Part shown: piece after piece, positions 12,185 through 24,697 of the stretch
How positions within the stretch are numbered: the first letter of the stretch is position 1
How the letters are laid out: the number at the start of each line of letters is the position of its first letter
DNA from: Octopus sinensis
Taxonomy: Eukaryota
DNA: 64,000 nt
NCBI RefSeq assembly: GCF_006345805.1
Contig: NC_043003.1
Location: 85,808,001-85,872,000, forward strand
Direction of reading: 5' to 3'
Program-made: the position numbers and the translations under genes
The notes under the pieces: model-generated
What the model was told of the DNA's origin: nothing
The model's input: the letters and a program-made list of their open reading frames with translations, nothing else
Databases searched by the model: none

Positions 12185-12235
12185 GATAAAATCCACGTTA
12201 GATTTTATCAGGTAGCTAGCATTTTACCTTAACCT
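11993..12235. repeat. Triplicated 50-60-bp unit (direct, direct, inverted) separated by (TA)n
   Basis: ggttaaggtaaaatgctagctacctgataaaatctaacgtggatttt at 11993 and 12072, and inverted at 12176-12234. Confidence 0.9.
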
Positions 12236-12252
12236 ATATATATATATATATC

Positions 12253-12291
<39 letters not shown>

Positions 12292-12457
12292 AAAAGATAC
12301 GGGGAGTTTTCGTCAAGGTGACTCAAACTAACAGGCATGCCCTTTGAGTGCTCAATTTGGTATGCCACTAAAATCCTCGTTTGAACTGCAGTTGAACTAT
12401 TGATTTTGTGATTGCCTTTCTAAAGTGGGTAGAAATAGCTTCCCCTTGAGCTAGTAG

Positions 12458-12927
12458 GTATAAATTAAAACAGAAAGGAAAAGGAAAACGGTTTGGCAAG
12501 TCTTGGCAAGGACATTTAATTTAGCTATGCAATAAAAAAGGCATACATAATCTCTTACAACTGTTTCTAGAACAGCCCAGCTACTGGAACATAGTGTCGA
12601 ACGAGGATTTCATAGGTCCAGTCCTCAGGGTGGGGGTTAAACAGATGTAACAGTGGAGGATCATTACTCATAAATGATATTATTGTAGTTCATTTTGTCG
12701 CGAAACAGAGGAGAAATCCAATTTACATCTGTTAAACCTCTCCCTTTCTGATGACAGTATTCAGGACCAATGCAATCCTCGCTCGACATGGTGTTCCAAT
12801 AACTGAGATGTTGTAGAAACAACTGTTAGAGATCATGTATAGTTCTGTTTTTATTATATAGCTAAATTAAATGTCCTTGTCAAGTATTGTCAAACCGTTT
12901 GCCTTTTCATTTCTGTTTTAATATATA
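12458..12927. mobile_element. Old foldback MITE with ~200-bp diverged arms
   Basis: aaaacagaaa.gaaaagg.aaacggtttg.caa...ttg.caaggacatttaatttagctat..aataaaaa and the inner segment to ttaaacagatgtaa recur inverted at ~12720-12920. Confidence 0.75.
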
Positions 12928-13443
12928 TAGGTTGATTGAAAAGTAACTCCCTATTTTAAAATACTTATAAATTATTTATTAATTGTAATTTTTACAAAGA
13001 GGAAGGCTTTGAGAGGGAGGCTTTTTTTATTTAAAATACGACATGGGCTCCAGGTGTTGCCACCAGCTTCTTGAGTCGCCAGAGAATTGCGTCAACTGAT
13101 TTCACCAGGAACTCTTGTGGGGTGGAAGACTCAACTCCTTACATACGCCATTCAAGTTCTTCCAAAGTCTTTGGTTTGGTACGATAGACTCGTTCCTTTA
13201 ACCCACCCTAAAGAAAGAAGTCATAAGTGTTAAGTTGGGACTTCTGGGTGGCCACTCATGCGGACCACAACGATCCATCCATCTCCTGGAGAAGTGGGTA
13301 TTCAACCATTTACGAACGACAAGAGCAATACGATTACAGATTAAATTCTCATACTTAAAAAAACCCCCAAAATTTGAGAAAAAATTACAATTAATGAATA
13401 ATTTATATGTATTTTAGAATAGAGTTACTTTTCAATCATCCTG
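12928..13443 (-). mobile_element. Tc1/mariner deletion derivative
   Basis: ~70-bp TIRs (ggttgattgaaaagtaactc / ggatgattgaaaagtaactc) with TA flanks; interior reads VVRKWLNTHF..RW..R.GP.EWPPRSPNLT (transposase C-terminal motif). Confidence 0.8.
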
Positions 13444-13494
13444 TATGTACATGTTTGTGTGTGAGTATGTGCCTATATATACATAAATATATAG

Positions 13495-13562
<68 letters not shown>

Positions 13563-14229
13563 TATATATATATTTATGCATATAAATTTGACATGGGCGA
13601 TTCTGTCTTGTGTTGGGGTTGACGGTCAAACGACTGGGTGGAATTGCGCGAAAACTGACACAGATGTGTAGAATGATCCGGTGGTGATGCTGGGCTTTGT
13701 ATTTTTCATAGCTCCCATGGTTACCGAGATAATCTACTATAAAATACTCTTGTGTTTATGAATGAGAAAGGAAGGAGTAAAAGATGAATAAGGAAGGAAG
13801 GGTTAATGTCATACTTGGTAGTGGGATGATGAAAATTGTACGCTGAAAAATAAATCAAACAGCGTTTCAGCTCTGTGTAAATATATGTGTGTGTATGTAA
13901 AAGGGTGTGTGTGAATGTGCGTGTGCGTGCGTGTGTGTGTGTTTGTATGTGTGCGCATACGCGCGCGCAATGGAAGTGGGATGGTTCATCTTTGTTTGCT
14001 TAGTATTTGGGTTTACTTTTGGACTTGGTTGAATATTAGTTATTTTATTTTTGTTGGTCAGCTATTTCTAGCGTTTTGACAGAAAAAAGAGTCATTCTAA
14101 AATTGTTTGTTAACGTAAGCGTGCCCAAACAATTTGAATACTTACACAGAACAGGTTTTTACAGCCACATCGTCCAAACCGACCGAGTGAAACCAGGCTT
14201 AGCTTCTAGCATATATATATATATATATA

Positions 14230-14281
<52 letters not shown>

Positions 14282-14656
14282 TATATATATATTTAAGCTT
14301 ATAGCTATGTATTTGAAAGCTATTAATAATAGAATTAACATATTGGGTTAAAAAAACAATATTAATTCGCTAGCATTTCTAATTTCGTATGGTTCGAATC
14401 ATCTTACCAAAAAGAATTATTTCACGTTCCCGAAGTTTTCAATTTCCTATGACATCAATGTATATATAAGCATATAAAAGGACACATACAGATAATTTTA
14501 TACCCTAAGGGATGAAAGTTACTTATGAGTTTTGAGGACTCACAAGAACTACCGAGCAAAGTGGAATTCATAGATAGCTGCCACAATTTGTTATATGAAA
14601 AAAATTATATACCACTTCTGTTTTTTATGTGGAGTTCTGCATCATATGTTTTTCAT

Positions 14657-14903
14657 TGTATAACATGCACCCTTTATATTGATTTCAAATTTTAGTTCAA
14701 AATTAACAATTTCGGGTAGGGGTTCAGTCTATTACATCGACCCCAATGATCAGCTGGGTCTTAATTTATCGACCCCGGAAAAACGAAAGGCGAAGTCGAC
14801 CTCGCCGGAATTTGAACGTAGAACGTAAAGACGGACGAAATAGCGCTAAGCATTTTGCCCGGCGAGCTTATGGTTCAACCAGCTCGACGCCGTTTACGCC
14901 CAT
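14657..14903 (-). mobile_element. Older family B SINE
   Basis: Diverged Deu/Nin core plus head. Confidence 0.7.
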
Positions 14904-14939
14904 TTGCAAATTTATATTCTCTCACTCATACATACAGAT

Positions 14940-15176
14940 ATGTATTTCTTTATTACCCACAAGGGACTAAACATAGAGGGGACAAACAAGGACAGACAAA
15001 GGGATTAAGTCGATTACATCTACCCCAGTGCGAAACTGGTACTTTATTTATTGACCCCGAAAGGATGAAAGGCAAAGTCGACCTCGGCGGAATTTGAACT
15101 CAGAACGTAGCGGCAGACGAAATACCGCTACGCATTTCGCCCTGCGCGCTAACGTTTCTGCCAGCTCGCCGCCTTT
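14940..15176 (-). mobile_element. Young family B SINE
   Basis: Near-consensus reverse complement. Confidence 0.85.
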
Positions 15177-15250
15177 CTCACTCATACATACACATATGTC
15201 GGCACGTCTGTGTTTGTCGAAGTAAGTCTGTGGATACAAAGAGAGAGAGA

Positions 15251-15288
<38 letters not shown>

Positions 15289-15672
15289 TAGGGAGAGAGA
15301 ACGAAAGAGAGAGAGAGAGATGTGAAGTGAATATACTTCCATCTATAGTCGCACGGGATTTATTTGACATTTAATCGAAAAAGCATAGCGCTTATAAAAA
15401 AAAAAAAAAAAAAGATGCTCAACCGTATACTCAAATAACAACACTCACACGCACATATAGACATACATACAAACACAGAAAGATACCGGCAAATGGAAAA
15501 TGGTCTACAAAGTCTTGTAAATGTATTCATTCCATTTATTCATTTATTCCAATGTATTTGATTACCTTGTCACTTGAAATATGATTCTAACATAATTATT
15601 GATTTCTTTCCATAAAATCGGCTGTTAAGTGAGTGCATGAACGATAAATCTGCATTATATTAGCAGATTTAC

Positions 15673-15731
<59 letters not shown>

Positions 15732-15932
15732 CATATACACATGTGTATATGTATACGCATATACGCACAGAAATATGATCATAATAAAAGATATACATAT
15801 ATACATGTAGATACGCATATATAAACTTGTATATATATATATATGTATACATGCATATATAAATATACATATATACATATAGATATGCATATTAAACAGA
15901 CAGCTGTATATACAGACATATATGCATCTATG

Positions 15933-15998
<66 letters not shown>

Positions 15999-16531
15999 TA
16001 TATATGTATGTATATATATGAATATATATATATTTATATTATATAATATATACACACACACATATATATATATATACATACATGTATATATGTACATATA
16101 TATATACAATATTTAATAGATGCATACATACTTACCCTACATGCACTGACATACATATACACACCTACACACACACACACACACACTATATATATATATA
16201 TAAATATATATATACAGAAAGAGAGAGAGAGAGAGAGAGAGAATGAGAGAGATAAGAAGATAGATAGATTGATAGATAGAAAGGTAGACAAATAGACTGA
16301 TAGATAGATAGATAGATATATGCTATGTGTGTACGAGTGTGCGTCGGTGTGTGTGTACGTACGTGTGATAACTAACCACACACGTATCCCAGAAAATACA
16401 TCTTTATTCGTCCAATCGAGCCATCTACTTACTGAAAGTTCTGAAAAGTAATTGTGGGTACTATGACCAATGTCTATATAAAATAAGTGAACAGCAAGAG
16501 GGAATCTCGAATATATGTGTACTTGTATAAC

Positions 16532-16712
16532 GAGGCGCTGGAGTGGCTATAGACTCAGGAGTAGCTATAGGCACAGGAGTGGCTTTATGGTAAATAGCTT
16601 GCTTACCAGCCTGTGGTTCCGGGTTCAGTCCCATTGTGTGGCACCTTGGGCAAGTGTCTTCTACTAAAGCCTCAGGCCGACCAAAGCGTTGTGAGTGGAT
16701 TTGGTAGACGGA

Positions 16713-16752
<40 letters not shown>

Positions 16753-16964
16753 CGGGAAGCTTTATGAAAATAAACAAAAGACGAAGGCAGGTGGAAAACA
16801 AACGAACAATTGTATTAGTATGGCGCTCAGGAAATATAAATAAAACAAGTCTTTAACGTTTCGAGCCTACGCTCTTCAACAGAAAGATACACAGAGAGAG
16901 AAAAACACAGAAAGAAGGAGAGAAAAAAAATGCGTGCAGTAGCTAACGAATCAACATATATATA

Positions 16965-17021
<57 letters not shown>

Positions 17022-17048
17022 GTGTGTTGTCTGAGTGCGTGTCGTATG

Positions 17049-17094
<46 letters not shown>

Positions 17095-17368
17095 GTGTGT
17101 ATATATATAGATAGATATAAACGTCGTATATACATATATTTGTATGTGTGTGTGCGTGTGTCTGTGCTTGTCCCCCAACCCAAGATCGCTTTACAACCAA
17201 TACTGGTGTGTTTACGTCCCTGTAACCTAGCGGTTTGGCAGAAGAGACCATAGAATAAGTACTAGGCTTACAAAGAAAATGTCCTGGGGTCGATTTGCTT
17301 GACTAAAGGCAGTGCTCCAGCATGGCCGCAGTCAAAATGACTGAAACAAGTAAAAGAATAAAAGAATA
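16532..17368 (+). mobile_element. Family A SINE with a nested Penelope-like repeat (16750-16950) in its (TA)n tract
   Basis: Head 16532-16716, tail 17160-17368. The nested repeat carries hammerhead-like copy 3 (16850-16887, minus: tcttt-CTGTTGA-A-GAGC gtag GCTC-GAAA-CGT-T-aaaga). Confidence 0.8.
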
Positions 17369-17370
17369 TA

Positions 17371-18476
17371 CAAGGGTTGGACAAAATAATGGAAACACCT
17401 AGCATCATAGCATCATAATTTTGAAATATCTATAAAACCGTCAAAAGATTGTTTATTTTTATGTTTATGACTTATTATTAGTGTTTATATGGCAGGTGCT
17501 AGCGTAACAAAAACAGTCGAAATATTTGGTGTATCAAGGAGTACTGTCTCGAAAGTAATGACAACCTTTGAGAAAGAGGGAAAAACCTCCTCGTCGAAAC
17601 AAAGCCCCGAAGAAAACCAAAACTTTCAGATAGGGACCGTCGGACGCTTACGCGAATTGTTGGAAAGGATCACAAAAGTTCAACTCCCAAAATTGCTGCA
17701 GAGCAATAACTCAGTTTCCGCAAAAACTGTTCGCCGGGAGCTACACAAAGCCGGATTTCACGGGAGTGCTGCATTCAGAAAACCTCTACTTTCGAAAACA
17801 AACGTTGCAAAGCGTTTAGAGTGAAGTAAAAACCTACAGAATTGGTCCTTAGAGCAGTGGAAGAATGTTATTTTCTCGGTTGAGTAATCTTTTACCTTAT
17901 TTCCGACCACCGGCCGAGTATACGTGTAGAGACAGCCAAAAGAAGGATTTGACCCAGACTACCTTCTTCCATCTGTTAAACATGGATGAGGATCTGTGAT
18001 GATCTGGGTGGGGGGCTATATCTTGGAAATCCGCCGGTGCAATGGTTTCCTTTCATGGCAGTCAAGACTATTTAGGCATTTTATCTGATCAAATTCATCC
18101 TATGGTTACAGAACTGTTTCTGGAGGGAAATGCAATCTTTCAGGATGATAATGTACCAGTTCACACAGCTAAAGTTGTTACTGAATGGCACCAGGAACAT
18201 TCTAGTGAAGTTGAACATCTTATCTGGCCGCTACAGTCCCCAGATCTCAATATTATTAAACATTTATGGTGCATTTTAGAAAAACGAGTAAGGAGTCGAT
18301 ATCCTCCATTATCATCACTACAGGAACTCGAGACTGTTTTAGCTGAGAAATGGACAAAAAATGCTTTGGAAACAATTCAAACTTTGTACGAATCCATACC
18401 TCGCAGAATTCAAGTAATTAGTGACATAGGCTGTCCTATCCCATATTAAAATAAATTTGCTTGAAATTTTAAGTCT
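17371..18476 (+). mobile_element. Tc1 (DD34E-type) transposon, decayed, 3' TIR missing
   Basis: TA|caagggttggacaaaataatggaaacac 5' TIR; transposase with stops and frameshifts: GVSRSTVSKV, RKPLLS, FQDDNVPVHTAK, WPLQSPDLNIIKHLW. Confidence 0.92.
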
Positions 18477-18559
18477 CCTGTAAAGTCTCGCTGTGACAGC
18501 AGTTGGCCTCGTGTGGTTAATTATAAAACTTAGCGGTGGAACAAAAGGAGCGCGTTTAC

Positions 18560-18783
18560 ATATTTTTTTCATTGTTTTCATTTATCCTTTACCTGTTTCA
18601 GTCATTAGATTTCTTCCATCTTGAGGCACCTCCTTGAAAGGGTTTAAGTCGAAACAATCGACCTCAATACTTTTCTTTTCAAGCCTAGTGCTAATCCAGT
18701 CGGCCTCTTTCGCCGAACCGCTCAAATATGAGGATGGCAGGACACCAACAACTGTTTTTGATGGGAATGGGGCACAAACACAG

Positions 18784-18790
<7 letters not shown>
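18560..18790 (-). mobile_element. Diverged family A SINE 3' half
   Basis: Reverse complement similarity to the family A tail; adjoins (CA)n. Confidence 0.6.
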
Positions 18791-18851
<61 letters not shown>

Positions 18852-18955
18852 TCACGATGGAATCAATACATAGCTGTCACTTTATTAAATGCAAAAAATG
18901 ATATACCATCTCTGCTTTTCATGTCGAGTTGTAAACCAGATAATGTTTCTTCACC

Positions 18956-19128
18956 GTATAACGTGCACCCTTTATATTTCAAATTTTAACACAAAACCAG
19001 CAATTTCGGGGAGGTGGTAAGTCTATTACATCGACTCCAGTAATCAACTGGTACTTATTTTATCGTCCCCGAAAAGATGAAAGGAAAAGTCACCTTGGGC
19101 AGAATTTGATCTCAGAACGTTAAGAGGC
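18956..19128 (-). mobile_element. Older family B SINE, head truncated
   Basis: Diverged Deu/Nin core. Confidence 0.6.
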
Positions 19129-19150
19129 AATATATATGTGTATGTATGTT

Positions 19151-19192
<42 letters not shown>

Positions 19193-19347
19193 AGTAGGAA
19201 AATGAAATATCTTTTTATGGATAATTCGTTTAACCGATACCTGGGTAGCAAATTCACATCAGAAATAACACGGTTGAAGTTACGTGCCTAGGGCAGAGAC
19301 TACGTGTTTTCGTGTGGAAATGTGTGTGTATTTTTATTAAATTTATG

Positions 19348-19493
19348 AATAAATGAAAGAATAGAGTTGAACGACAAATTAACAAATTTCCTAGTAAATT
19401 AAATCTAGTAAATTAATTAGGAATATGCAGCCTTCGAAACATATGTCGAAAATAAAGGAAATTTGTTAATTTGTCGTTCAACTCCATTCTTTC

Positions 19494-19499
<6 letters not shown>
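19348..19499 (+). mobile_element. Penelope-like repeat fragment with 44-bp inverted arms and a hammerhead 3' half
   Basis: Arms 19348-19391 and 19456-19499 (1 mismatch); spacer contains GAAAC-ATAT-GTC; ends at (TA)n. Confidence 0.5.
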
Positions 19500-19549
<50 letters not shown>

Positions 19550-19876
19550 TTGCATACTCCCCAGTCCTTTCTTACATTGATGTTAATGTTCTATAGTGTT
19601 TTTTTAGAAACAAAAATTAAAAGGTGGTGAACCGGCAATATCGTTAGTATAACGGATAAGATGCTTAGCAACATTTTATCCAACTCTGTGTTCGAAGCAA
19701 AAATTCTGTCGAGGTTAGCTTTGCTTTTCATCCTTTAGAGGTCGAGCACTGGGGCGATGAAATCAACTTGGCACCGTCCCCAAAACTGCTGGCGTTGCTC
19801 CAAAATTTGAAACTAATTTTTAGAAACAAATATCGTAGATGCACGTATTCACAAAAGAAGCATACAATGAAACGCA

Positions 19877-20003
19877 CACACACATATGTTCATATACATA
19901 CACTCACACACACATATGTTCATATACATACACTCACACACATATGTTCATATACATACACTCACACACACATATGTTCATATACATACACTCACACACA
20001 CAT
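19877..20003. repeat. Minisatellite, ~30-bp unit x4
   Basis: cacacacatatgttcatatacatacact repeated. Confidence 0.9.
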
Positions 20004-20142
20004 ATTAAATCTAGTAAATTAACTGATATTTGTTTTCAGTAAAATTAGAATAACCATTACAAAACTCTAATTATAGATTTTTAAATTATATTGCAACATT
20101 ACATCATTTCTGCACGCCTCTGCACACATACTAAAATTCTTC

Positions 20143-20216
<74 letters not shown>

Positions 20217-20413
20217 TTACAAATATACATATATTTATACATGTACTTACATTTACACCTACACATGTACGCATATATATATATATATATATATAATCAT
20301 ATCAAAGGGAAATGGAAATTAATTAATTTTGTGGTTATAGAACCTAGCTGTTTTTTCTAGCGTGTTGAATCCCACGAGTGAATTCTTCATGTGTTTAAAA
20401 GTACACTGTATTT

Positions 20414-20472
<59 letters not shown>

Positions 20473-20851
20473 ATATATATATATATAAATATATACAGAA
20501 AGACAAACATAGACTCTCTCATTCATACATACATTGGCGGAGAATCGCTTTAAAACCTACAACTTCTCTCTCTGTCTTGATTATATATTTATAGTTGCTC
20601 TCATAAGCATTAGTGCAATTAGTTATGTTAAGTGTCTAAATAGTAATCTTGAAAAGCAAGTCGCCTTTAATTAATTATTTTGTAAATTAATTCCTGCATA
20701 AACAGAAGTTTAGCCTGCGGTATGTGTATACGTACACATTTATAAATATGCAAGAATTCATACATGTACAGAAGTTGAAGCATACATATCTATGCAAGCA
20801 TTGGCAAGGGAGCTTTAATTAACCTACTTAACTATTACCTACCGGCATTCT

Positions 20852-20895
<44 letters not shown>

Positions 20896-21207
20896 ACGTG
20901 TATATGTCTGTATATGTGTATATTTGTGTGTGTGTGTGTTTATATATATCCGTAAAAATGTACTTATACTTTCATAACACAATTCTCCCAGGACATAAGA
21001 ATAGAATTTGGTCACAATGAGCTTTCATATTTTGAATGAAAGATTGCACTCTAGACAAGGAATATAGATATAAACGGACAGACAACTTTCCATATCTCTG
21101 ATGAAGATTGCTATAGTATTATAATGTTCTCTAGTTCGTATTACTATTCATAGATTTGCTTCATCAAACACGCGCACACACACGCACACATACACACACA
21201 TATGTAC

Positions 21208-21242
<35 letters not shown>

Positions 21243-21269
21243 CATATATTAGAAATCCTTTATCTTAAA

Positions 21270-21915
21270 CTCTCCAAAATCCGAAAGTTTTTTGAAGGCG
21301 GACATGACACACCACAAATGGAAAATTCCACAAAATGTTGGGAAGGTTCCACCAGGTACAGCAGCTGTATATTGTTATGAACGTGAGTTTGTAAGCAGAG
21401 ATCATCACGATTTGTTTTCTCTTCTTTTTGTACACTAAGCACGTAATTTTTATGTGAAACCTGAATTTCACCTTCACGTATGAGTGTAACATGACTAGCA
21501 TCATTACTTGTACGTTACTTTAAAAATAAAACACCGAACTTTCCAGTTTTCATTTTATTTACCTATAATTATGTTCAATGCTTTATTTTTATAACTTACA
21601 CAAAACCTAATACCTGTGTAGTAAAAAATAAAATACAAATAGCGTACGTGCACTGTAAACTTTTTTCATTTAATCAAAACATGACATCGAAGGTGGAGAC
21701 GGATATCCTTACCTTTCTGATGGTATTATGTATAAAAAAATTATTGAAAAATCATATCTAACTAGATTTACGGTATATTTATGAGTTATATTATGACATA
21801 TAAACGGAGAGTGTGTTTAGACATGCCCAAGCTGTCCCATGTTATTGATGTAAATATATAAATACACCGAAATTCGACAAAATCCGAAATCCGCAACACT
21901 TTCGGTCCTAGGAGT
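21270..21915. mobile_element. Decayed pogo/Tigger-like non-autonomous element
   Basis: Motifs ccgaaag..ttttgaa.gc.gacatgac.c.acaa.tggaaaattccaca and aatccgaaatccg.aacactt..ggtcc recall Tigger-type MITE ends. Recognition from memory only. Confidence 0.35.
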
Positions 21916-21929
21916 ATATATATAGATAT

Positions 21930-22445
21930 ATGGAGCATAGTGGGCTCTCAATAGAGGTTGATGTCTGGCAGCTGTATCTTGCCAGGAGTGGTCAGGTGGA
22001 CAAACATCACTGGTCCCTATTCAACCTCTAATCTCTCACTTGATGGATCCTAGCTCTACACCCTCGAATCCCACTTAGGCGAAAGACTTTGAGTAAGGCT
22101 TCTCAAGAAGTCACCAGTTAGGACAAAAGGAACCTGTTCAGGTCAACGGCCGAGTATTCGGAGCCAAGGCATGTCTGAAGTAGGAGCATAGGGTTGTGGC
22201 TAACAGCTTGGAAAGGAATGAACAGCGCCCAGTTAACTTGGCCATGATACATTCATGATGATGGTAACCATACCAGAAGCCACACTGGATCGGTCGTCGC
22301 CCTGGGTTATCATCAAAGAATGGACAGACCTCAACTTCGCCGATTCACAGAGGGCAGCAGAAGATCAAGATCAGTGGCAAAGCCTGCTTACGTCATCAAC
22401 GAATGCCTCAATGGCCACCACACGGTGAAGAATTTGGAAGGAATG

Positions 22446-22447
<2 letters not shown>
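21930..22447 (+). mobile_element. RTE-type LINE 3' remnant
   Basis: Encodes IIKEWTDLNFADSQRAAEDQDQWQSLL, like the RTE ORF C-terminus; ends at (TA)n. Confidence 0.6.
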
Positions 22448-22478
<31 letters not shown>

Positions 22479-22481
<3 letters not shown>

Positions 22482-22691
22482 GGTGGTTCAAAAGTAGGTT
22501 GACAGGCATCATGTAAGCACTTTAAATTTCTTTTAAAACATTTTATTATATTTAAATTTCTGTCCTACAATTACCTAAATTAGCATAGAATAATGGTTTC
22601 ATATTTTTTATATAATTAAGATCTAAACTGCTGATATATGAATGCGAAAGAGACAGTTGAATAACTGTAAACCTACTTTTGGGCCACCCTG
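22479..22691. mobile_element. Tc1/mariner MITE
   Basis: TIRs agggtggttcaaaagtaggtt / agggtggcccaaaagtaggtt, TA flanks. Confidence 0.8.
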
Positions 22692-22703
22692 TATGTATGT
22701 ATG

Positions 22704-22781
<78 letters not shown>

Positions 22782-22964
22782 CACACATATAGATAGCATT
22801 TTTATAGATAATTCAGATGCTTTCTTTATGTGTGCATGATGTGTATATTTACAAGTGTGCGTGTATGCAATAGTTTGTCAGTGTGTGTTTAACCCACTGA
22901 AGCGCAGACTTATTTGTAACTATATTGATTAATGTACATATTGATTAATGATAAATTGTGTTAC

Positions 22965-23144
22965 CTGCACGTCTCAATGATAAGCGTTTGTCCAGCTGCA
23001 TTGTGTGTGTGATGACGTAGAAACGCTCAAGTGTAATAATAGTGAGTGTATATACGCTCATTTCACTGGAAACCGTTCCAAGTATACCTGCTACCAAACA
23101 CCACGTACTTGTCTGCCAATCTAACGCAAATTTCTTGAATTCAC
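22965..23144 (-). CDS. rk: LGR (bursicon-receptor-like) exon: ECL1, TM3, ICL2
   Basis: Acceptor ccattttacatag|GT, donor GCAG|gtaaca; 180 nt, phase 1-1. Translation (G)EFKKFALDWQTSTWCLVAGILGTVSSEMSVYTLTIITLERFYVITHTMQLDKRLSLRRA(G). Continues the 51918 exon seamlessly (TLG-EF). Confidence 0.95.
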
Positions 23145-23462
23145 CTATGTAAAATGGAAAGGAAAAAAAAATTAACAAAATAAAATATTATTTAGAAGAA
23201 AACAACCCCGCAACTTAAAAAGTAAAAAACAAATACTTTCCGCAAAAAAAAAGAAGAAAAAAACTACCTCGAATTAGAGTTTACCTTTATTGACTAAAAG
23301 AACATTTGTTTAATTACAGAATGACGTAAAAAGGATTTCCGTCGGTTGACAGATTGAAAAGAGAGTTCAGATGTTCGATAAACTGAATTACTTGCTCATT
23401 GAGTTAGTAAGAAAGTGAAAGTGACTGAGTGTTTCATAGACACGTGCACCATTTATGTAGAA

Positions 23463-24697
23463 CTTGCTGTTGGACCCGGCGTTGCTCGTATTTTCCGTGT
23501 TGAAGTTATTCCCACTTCAGCACGGATTTTACCAGGTTAACGCTTTCGACATACTCCTACATACTAAACCGTCTGAAATCGCAGCCAAAGTTTTGGGTGT
23601 ACCTCGACCCGTTGAGAGTGATGTTTGTTTATTTCTCTCCCCTTAATGCCACCCTCTGTACAAACTTGATCAGCGTGTTTAATCTCAGCAAAATCCGAAG
23701 AAAATGTTAAGTTTATGTCATAAAATAGATTCCAAGTGACCATTTACATGAAAATATCCCATTGACTTTAAATCACAATACATTATATGAATAATCGATG
23801 TGCTTAATCTTACTCATGGGTCAATTTTCTTCATAATCAGTTCATTATTTTATTGTGAGTGAATTTTGACGATTTCCGCCTCTCACCAGTTTAATTTTAA
23901 TTCTACTACATAACTCCGACCATAAACTTTATCTAAATGTGAAATTTCATAAAAATCGGATGAATTCTGTAAAAGTTACAGCATACAATATTAATCCTAG
24001 GGGTGATTGCATGCAAAAAGCCTATTGATTTCTTAAAATCTTCCGCGCATGCGCAATTATAGATTTTTTGTCATGTCTTCAAGCTGGCATCAACTAATGG
24101 ACATGAAGTGTAATCACGTATAAAATTTCTACAAAAACGATAAGGATGTCTCTAAGGAAATGCTTATTTGCATTTGTGCCCTCTTCAAGCCCTTTTGAAT
24201 TAAATAAGCACCTTTACCGTCTCCCCTACCACAAAATTTAATTTACCTACATCTCAAATTTCATCAAAATCGGATAAAAAATATAAACGTTAGACCAAAG
24301 ATAAAATCCCTATGGGTATTTGTACGCAAAAAGCCTATTGATTTTATAAAACCAAGGCTCAGGCGCAATTATCGATATTTTGTCAACGCCATATACTGAC
24401 ATCAACTCACACTACCATGATTCTCGCTCACTCATCAATTTTCATCAAAATCGGATAAAAAATGCAAAAGCTGCAGGAAAAATAACATCGTTATGGGAAT
24501 TTCTACTCAATTGCCCGATTGAGCTCACTCAAGTCGTTGACAACTGCGCATTATCGAATTTTTGAAAAATTCAGGGCTTATTTGAACTTCAGGGATCTAC
24601 CTATGTGCCAAAAATCATTAAAATCGGTTGGACAGTGTTGGAAGAGTTAGAGTAACCCCAAGCACACCCGGACACCAATACACATTTATGTATATAG
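23463..24697 (-). mobile_element. Non-autonomous Helitron-like element with internal subrepeats
   Basis: Minus strand starts A|TCtatat and ends CAAG|T after the hairpin acgagcaacgccggg (same as 3233-3247). Four aaatttcat.aaaatcgg motifs and a ~310-bp internal period. Confidence 0.75.

Noticed and set aside
12178-12215. CTGAGGA plus hairpin as a hammerhead
   Set aside because: The hairpin is followed by TCAGG rather than GAAA; it is a simple stem-loop.
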